Below, piece after piece: positions 56,710 through 64,000 of a stretch of DNA of 64,000 nucleotides. The stretch is from Eledone cirrhosa. Lineage: Eukaryota. Made by a program: the position numbers and the translations under genes. The notes beneath the pieces were generated by a model. The model had not been told where the DNA came from. It saw only the letters and a list, made by a program, of their open reading frames with translations, and searched no databases. The stretch covers positions 212,722,001-212,786,000 of the forward strand of contig OZ024741.1 in NCBI GenBank assembly GCA_964016885.1, given 5' to 3'. Position 1 is the first letter of the stretch. The number at the start of each line of letters is the position of its first letter.

Positions 56710-59067
56710 CCCTCCGATAAATCATTCGACCTGCGACGAGTCCACGCCACGACTTTACCATTTAACAAACGCACGCAGTTGCCGTCGCAGGTCGATGAAC
56801 AAACAGAAGCACAATTTAGTATAGCTAAATCCGAACTTAGAAATATTATAGAACAGTATGGCAAGAAGCATAATAGAATAGAGGCCCAGCAACTGGGAGA
56901 AAAATCTGCAAATGGCTTGCGTAAGCTCATGCAGCGCTCACGTAATGGAGAGATAGCATGCTTTCCAACAGACAAGTCTGGCAGAATGTCGGTTGACAGC
57001 CTGCCAAACTACATCCAGGCAATGCAACCCCACATCACTAACACAAGAGAGGTAACACCACAGGAGCATGAGGATAGAGAAAAAGCCCTCAATGCCCATA
57101 TGGTGATGTGGACGAATATAATGCAGCCCAACAAAAGGACTGCTAACAACTTCCAGGCCTGGAACAATGACGTGCCGGCGTTGTATGGGCTTCGAAAAGA
57201 CCATAAAACGGGCTGTGACCCTGTCGCGGGACCACCAACACGGCCAGTCTGTGGAGCTAACATTGCTAGTAACTACAGACTGTCCTACTTCCTCTCCCTG
57301 ATCATACGCCCCATCATTGAGATGTCCCCAGATGTATGTGACAGCACGGAGGACCTCCTCAGCAGAATCGGCGTGAGTAACCGATCTGGGGACCTAACAA
57401 ACTGCATAATAGGCAGTATGGATGTTGTGTCCCAGTATCCATCTATTGACGTGGATTTTGCTGTGGAGAAATGCGTAGAAATGATCAGCGAGAGCAAGGT
57501 TGAGTTCCGTGGGATTGATACCAGTGAGCTGGGACTTCTACTTAAGCTTACCCATAGTAATAGTTACCTAGACACTTATGACCTTAGCAACCTGTGCCCT
57601 ACAAGACCAGCAAGAGGCAGACCACCTACCATTACCTCAATGACCAAGAAAACCCACACAGAGAGATGGAACGTGTGGACCAGAGCAATACGGACACCCG
57701 AAAACCACGATGAACTGAAGAAAATGATTGCACATGCGGTAAAGGCCAGCATAAAATTAACCCTTAAGGAACATATGTTCAAATTTAATGGTAAAACATA
57801 TGCCCAAGAGGAAGGAGCAGCCATTGGTGTTAGCATTGCAGGCGACATAGCTAACTTATTCATGGTATGGTGGGACAGTAGACTTAAACAAAAACTTAAA
57901 TAACAATTAGAAGACAGCTTAACCCTGATAATGTACTCCCGCTACGTAGATGATATAAACATCGTAGTTAAGACACCCCCACTAAAGAAAAGTCAGGAAC
58001 TAGAGAAAAACACAATGGAAAGCATCCAGCAAATAGCAAACTCCATCCACCAGAGCATTAGAGTTACTATAGACTACCCAAGTAGACACCCCAACCATCG
58101 ATTACCTGTACTAGACACAGAGCTCTGGTTAGATACCATTAACAACCAAAAACAAATCCTCCATTCCCATTATGCCAAACCCATGACTTACAAACATCTG
58201 ATCCACCGAAACTCGGCCATTTCGGACCATACCAAAATCAACATACTGATTGCGGATTTGGTACGGGTGATGAGAAATGTGTCCCGCATGTGCAACCCCG
58301 AAGAACTAGAGAGACACATACAACTCTTCATCCACCGTATGCAGTTCTCTGGCTACAATCAGAGAGATAGAATCAGAGTGTATAGAGGAGCCAGAACCAA
58401 ATGGGAAAAAATGGTAAATAATGACATAAATGGGACCTGCCCCTTGTATAGGAGCAAATTTTGGAATAGAATAGAAAGAACTAGGAACAAGGCCAATAGA
58501 ATAAACTCATGGTATGATTGCAATAAATACCAGAGTGTAATGTTCATCAATACAACCCCTAGAGGCGAACTAGCCTACAAATTTAGAAGGGCCCTAAATA
58601 AACATAAACTCAATATAGATAGTAGAAATACCAGGTACCTCCGTAAAAACACTTATTAGCAAGACATACCCGTTCCAAAGACCCTCATGTATAGATAAGA
58701 AATGTATTACCTGTAAAATAAGCGCCCATATTAACTGTAAAACTAGAAATGTAGTGTATAGCATAAGATGTACTGAAGGACAATGTAGAAACAAACATAT
58801 AGTGTACATAGGTGAGACAGCTCGTAGTATAGGGGAATAAATGAACACTGGCGAGACCTTCAAGATAATAAAGAATCATCTGTGCTCTACCAACATGCTA
58901 AGATAGAACACAAGGGTAAATTAGAGAACATAGAAATAAAAATAGAATCCACACACAGAAAAGATGCAATGTTTAGGCAAATTACAGAGGCAGTAAGCAT
59001 AAAAGAATTACAACCAAAATTAAATAGAAAATATGAGTGGAACAGCAACATCACAACTTACAATTAA
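56710..59067 (+). pseudogene. PLE reverse transcriptase + GIY-YIG endonuclease (1 stop, 2 frameshifts)
   Basis: PTDKSG, LYGLRKDHK, RPVCG, SMDVVSQYPSI, QEEGAAIG, YSRYVDDI, LPVLD, CITC..CKTRNVVYSIRC..YIGETARS; TAA at 57901, frameshifts at ~58616 and ~58837. Confidence 0.92.
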
Positions 59068-59277
59068 GGAAAAAATGAAAACACACACACACATAGAACA
59101 AACAACCAACCAACAACATGTAAATAAATAAATAAATAAACAAATAGATAAATGAACACAAACACACACAGACACCCGGATGTGGCGCATGCGCAAACTG
59201 AGCACACAACACACACACAGAAACAAAATGGCGTAGGACAGAAGAAAGGAAAGGCACAGAAACAAAGAAAGGAATCC

Positions 59278-59325
59278 CCAGTCACTGAAGAGGTCACAGA
59301 GTGTGTGACGAAAGGACTATTACTA
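59278..59325 (+). ncRNA. PLE-associated minimal HHR (inverted copy at ~55954-56000)
   Basis: agtca CTGAAGA g gtcaca gagtg tgtgac GAAA g ga c TA ttact; helix I has a mismatch. Confidence 0.65.
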
Positions 59326-59478
59326 TATATAAACAACTATCTGGTTGTAGAACCAACCAACCAACCAACCAGAAATTTATAAGTTTGTAGATTTATAAAT
59401 TTATAAATATATAATAAATTGAAGTGAAAGCAACTGGTGCGTGTGTTTCTTATTGGCAACATGACCCTCCCAAAGTAT

Positions 59479-59549
<71 letters not shown>

Positions 59550-59551
<2 letters not shown>

Positions 59552-59742
59552 AACGAGTAGGACCCCGACGGCTGAGCTCAAGCCGTTTCGACGGCTAATT
59601 CAGTCCAGAATTAGCCGCCTAAACGGCTTGAGCTCAGCCATCGGGGTCCTACTCGAAATCTATTACCCACTCTACTACCCTAAGTATTGAGTACTTTGGT
59701 GCGTTATGGTCCACCTTGTTCTCTACCACATTTCCTTCGTTA
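59550..59742. mobile_element. Mini inverted PLE-type tail (foldback)
   Basis: IR 59554-59601 / 59608-59655; homologous to 33190-33240 and rc of 52421-52565. Confidence 0.8.
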
Positions 59743-59754
59743 TATATATATATG

Positions 59755-60382
59755 TAAGAAAATTTCGTTCTGATCAGTCAGATCTAAATATTACCAGATC
59801 CACTGATCAGCCAGATTTCAGATTTGTATATCAGCAGACTGGCCAGTCAGTTTCCTGTTTGCGAGCGATAAATGGCCGGCTTTTCCAAATTCAAATGAAA
59901 AAGAATATTTCGCTCTACATGGCTGAAAAATATCAATGTAATCTGGGTTTTTCGAATATTATTAAATATATTTGATTCCTTTGCAATTATGCAAACAAGC
60001 CTCAATTTTATAGCTTTGTCAGTAGAATGAACACTTCATTCTTGCTCTTGTGTTGGCATGCGAACAGAACTGCAGACACTAATGTTTCTGGGTTTCACCC
60101 TTCATCTGTACAGCTCACTGTTCACCGGCCAAGCTGTCAGAGCTAGTGAAAATATATGCTATTTTCAAAAGTACACAGTGACTGATCGGCCTAATTTGCA
60201 TATTAGCAGACTGGCTGATCAGTCAGATCTGCATATTAGCAGATCCACTGATTAGCCTGATTTGCATATCAGCAGATAGCCCAGTCAGTTTCCTGAATAT
60301 AACATAGTTATAAAATTGAGGCTTGTTTGCATAATTGCAAACGAATCGAATGTTATTATTAATATTCGAAAAACCCAGATTA
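59755..60382. mobile_element. Family C element: ~1.2 monomers (~445 nt) plus inverted arm
   Basis: 59771-59856 recurs at 60216-60296; 59940-60013 is inverted at 60306-60382. HHR on - at 60067-60116; octamers at 60194 and 60260. Confidence 0.8.
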
Positions 60383-60445
60383 TATATATATATATATTCA
60401 TATATATATACACACACATAAACACACACACACACACACACACAC

Positions 60446-61053
<608 letters not shown>

Positions 61054-61105
61054 GACGTAAAATAAGAACATTTTAAAAATTAAAAATTAACTTACTAAAA
61101 TGTTC

Positions 61106-61187
61106 ACTCCAACTAATTAGTTTCTGTAATGGGATAAAGATAGTTACGCAATGTAACCATCGAGAATTCATTACGTCATCAGGGAGT
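61106..61187 (-). ncRNA. Type I hammerhead ribozyme, family B relative
   Basis: actcc CTGATGA c gtaatg..gatggttac attgc gtaactatc..cattac a GAAA ctaattag tt ggagt; lies in element 61050-61225. Confidence 0.85.
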
Positions 61188-61222
61188 CCGTACATCTGGA
61201 CGCATATGTTGGTAAATATACT

Positions 61223-61367
<145 letters not shown>

Positions 61368-61531
61368 CATATATATATACATATACGTGTTTACAGTCTC
61401 GCACGTTCCCCTTATTTACGTGTCCCAACGACTTTATTTAGCCGTTGCTCGCACCAACTGGAGGTATATGGTCTTTAAAGCGATGAAATACCAATGAAGG
61501 TTGGAAGATCACTGATGAAGGACTAACTTTA

Positions 61532-61606
<75 letters not shown>

Positions 61607-61607
<1 letters not shown>

Positions 61608-62677
61608 ATTAAGTTAAAAATGTACATCTACATATGCATACTGAAATACTAGTGTGTATATGAATACACACACGTATACATATGCAGATGTAACAAGTCT
61701 TTCACTGGTTGCTTTACTGTGAGCAACCCAGCTATTCTGTATGTAAACACACAGACAAACCGGTTTTTAGAGTCATACTGGTTTTCGAGGAAACACCTTC
61801 CCTCTATTCTCTAGAAAGCCAGACAAGGAATATTGAACTAGTTTCGTTGCTGTCACAACTCATCAGCAATATTTACCTATCTACCGGCCTTTCTGGAGAA
61901 TTGTAAAAGCACATATCGTTATATGCTTTTTCTATGAAAATTAGTAGTGGGCAGACCAATTTGCATAGAGTGTGAGTACGCACCGGTTCAGCGGAGACGA
62001 TAAAAACAAATAACGAAACGAAATTAAATTTCGTTTCGTTTGTAACTCACTTTTGTATGACTGACGCTTAAACAATTAAGTTAAAAATGTACATCTACAT
62101 ATGCATACTGAAATACTAGTGTGTATATGAATACACACACGTATACATATGCAGATGTAACAAGTCTTTCACTGGTTGCTTTACTGTGAGCAACCCAGCT
62201 ATTCTGTATGTAAACACACAGACAAACCGGTTTTTAGAGTCATACTGGTTTTCGAGGAAACACCTTCCCTCTATTCTCCAGAAAGCCAGACAAGCATATA
62301 ACGATATGTGCTTTTACAATTCTCCAGAAAGGCCGGTAGATAGGTAAATATTGCTGATGAGTTGTAACAACGAAACTAGTTCAATATTCCTTGTCTGGCT
62401 TTCTAGAGAATAGAGGGAAGGTGTTTCCTCGAAAACCAGTATGACTCTAAAAACCGGTTTGTCTGTGTGTTTACATACAGAATAGCTGGGTTGCTCACAG
62501 TAAAGCAACCAGTGAAAGACTTGTTACATCTGCATATGTATACGTGTGTGTATTCATATACACACTAGTATTTCAGTATGCATATGTAGATGTACATTTT
62601 TAACTTAATTGTTTAAGCGTCAGTCATACAAAAGTGAGTTACAAACGAAACGAAATTTAATTTCGTTTCGTTATTTG

Positions 62678-62682
<5 letters not shown>
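61607..62682. mobile_element. Family A element: ~1.47 tandem 467-nt monomers plus inverted arm
   Basis: aattaagttaaaaatgtacatc at 61607 and 62074; flip at ~62294; HHRs at 61829-61873 (-) and 62347-62388 (+); octamer at 61959. Confidence 0.9.
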
Positions 62683-62719
<37 letters not shown>

Positions 62720-62723
62720 GATA

Positions 62724-62812
62724 ATAATTGTTTCTACTATTTGGCACAAGGCCAGCAATTAACCAGTACATTACTGGTACTTTATTTTATCGACCCCGTA
62801 AGGATGAAAGGC
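62724..62812 (-). mobile_element. SINE S1 3' fragment
   Basis: rc core and tail; a similar fragment lies at 54850-54909. Confidence 0.8.
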
Positions 62813-63001
62813 AATATTATTTATACTTATACATACACTATATATAACTATAAACATGAAAGGTCAGTAATTCATTACCACCTTATTACCAGTATATATA
62901 TACATACAGAAATTATACATATATATATTACATATATATATTACGTATATATATACATATATAAATATTACATATATATATACATATATAAATATAGCAA
63001 C

Positions 63002-63073
<72 letters not shown>

Positions 63074-63311
63074 ATATAGATAATCTAGCTGTCGTCTGTT
63101 CTACAGTGTGGATGTCATTCACTTCGCACAGAAGTTTTGTTCAAATTTATTGAGGAAATTTTGTGAGTTCAAACTTAATTTTGATACAATTGTGTAGCAT
63201 GACCCTCCGTCTGAACTGTCAGGCGGTGGGTCAGCTCATCTTTACCCCTCCTAGAGGTGAAAAACCTGTTTTAAAAAATTTTGTGTAAAAACTTTCAATC
63301 GTCTAACAGAA

Positions 63312-64000
63312 ATGTTAAACGCAGCGAACGAAAATAGTGGTGGGGGGACAGCGGTAAGAGTTGTAAGCTCGCACGCTTTAGTCCTCCCTTCCTTCCCAAC
63401 TAACGTCATAGAGAAGGAAGGAAAAATGAAAATAAAAACGGACGAATCTGCGGAGAAAAAATTAAATGACGAAATAAATCTGGACTTGGATTCCAACAAC
63501 GGAAAAAAAAAATTTGAAAAATTGCATGACAATACTAATAACACAAACAAAGACACAACAAACAAAAAAATAACAGTTGAAAATAACATCATATCAGAAA
63601 ACAAAGCAGACGACAAGATTTCATTTGCACAGAAAACAAAGAAATCTTTGACTTATATAGCGGAAAACATTTCAGATGTGGTACGAAGGATCACGGACGC
63701 AAAACAATACATAAGTGAAGGTGAGAATGGTATTTTATTGGTAAAAATGCCTCAAGAATTCACGAAAGACATTGAAAGCCGAACGGTCAAGTTTCGGACC
63801 ATCAACAACAGTACAAAAAAAACCTGAACAGCCTTCTCAAGCAGATATCAAAACAGTACTCGCAGAAGTACTGAATGAAACCACTTTCATAAGAAAAGAC
63901 AGACTGTATGGAAGCCTAGCAATTATCATGAAGAACGAATCGGCGGCAAAAAAATGTGCTTTGTCACCGATTAGTTCGAAAAATTTCACCTTTTATCCAT
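63312..64000 (+). pseudogene. Probable LINE ORF1 N-terminus, frameshifted at ~63822 and running off the window
   Basis: 171 aa ORF with low-complexity K/N/E region then SFAQK; continues in another frame PEQPSQADIKTVLAEVLNETTFIRKDRLYGSLAII; preceded by a ~200 bp leader after (TCTA)n. Assignment is by general resemblance only. Confidence 0.45.

Larger units (their letters stand above)
55741..59486 (+). mobile_element. Penelope-like element, 5'-truncated, with ~910 bp inverted 3' duplication, in (TA)n
   Basis: Arms 55799-56707 (-) and 58576-59486 (+) are almost identical; left arm carries 58 extra terminal nt. Confidence 0.95.

Noticed and set aside
57895-58845. Selenocysteine recoding as reported for some Naiad PLEs
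   Set aside because: The interruptions are TAA and frameshifts, not in-frame TGA.

Overview
AT-rich, repeat-saturated animal DNA with no recognisable host gene; the SINE types and very dense (TA)n/(CA)n tracts suggest a cephalopod such as Octopus (inference from memory, not a search). Coding content is all retroelement. It comprises one intact R4/Dong-type non-LTR ORF (44088-47480, -), a decayed and a truncated R4 copy, a young Penelope-like element (PLE) with RT+GIY-YIG and a ~910 bp inverted 3' duplication (55741-59486), older PLE relics, an L1/Tx1 RT relic and a probable LINE ORF1 start. There are also two tandem non-autonomous Helitrons, two Tc1/mariner-type MITEs and many tRNA-derived SINEs. 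The main unexplained signal is a set of at least 10 short non-coding elements sitting between (TA)n tracts. They carry type I hammerhead ribozyme (HHR) motifs, some with covariation or a U3-A8 variant core. Several have circularly permuted 445-525 nt monomers and are integrated as tail-out inverted arms with family-specific fixed endpoints. Four carry an octamer (ATGCAAAT) 75-86 nt upstream of the ribozyme. Together this looks like a PLE-mobilised, microsatellite-associated retrozyme system with an snRNA-type promoter. All structures were folded by eye and coordinates are accurate to a few bp.
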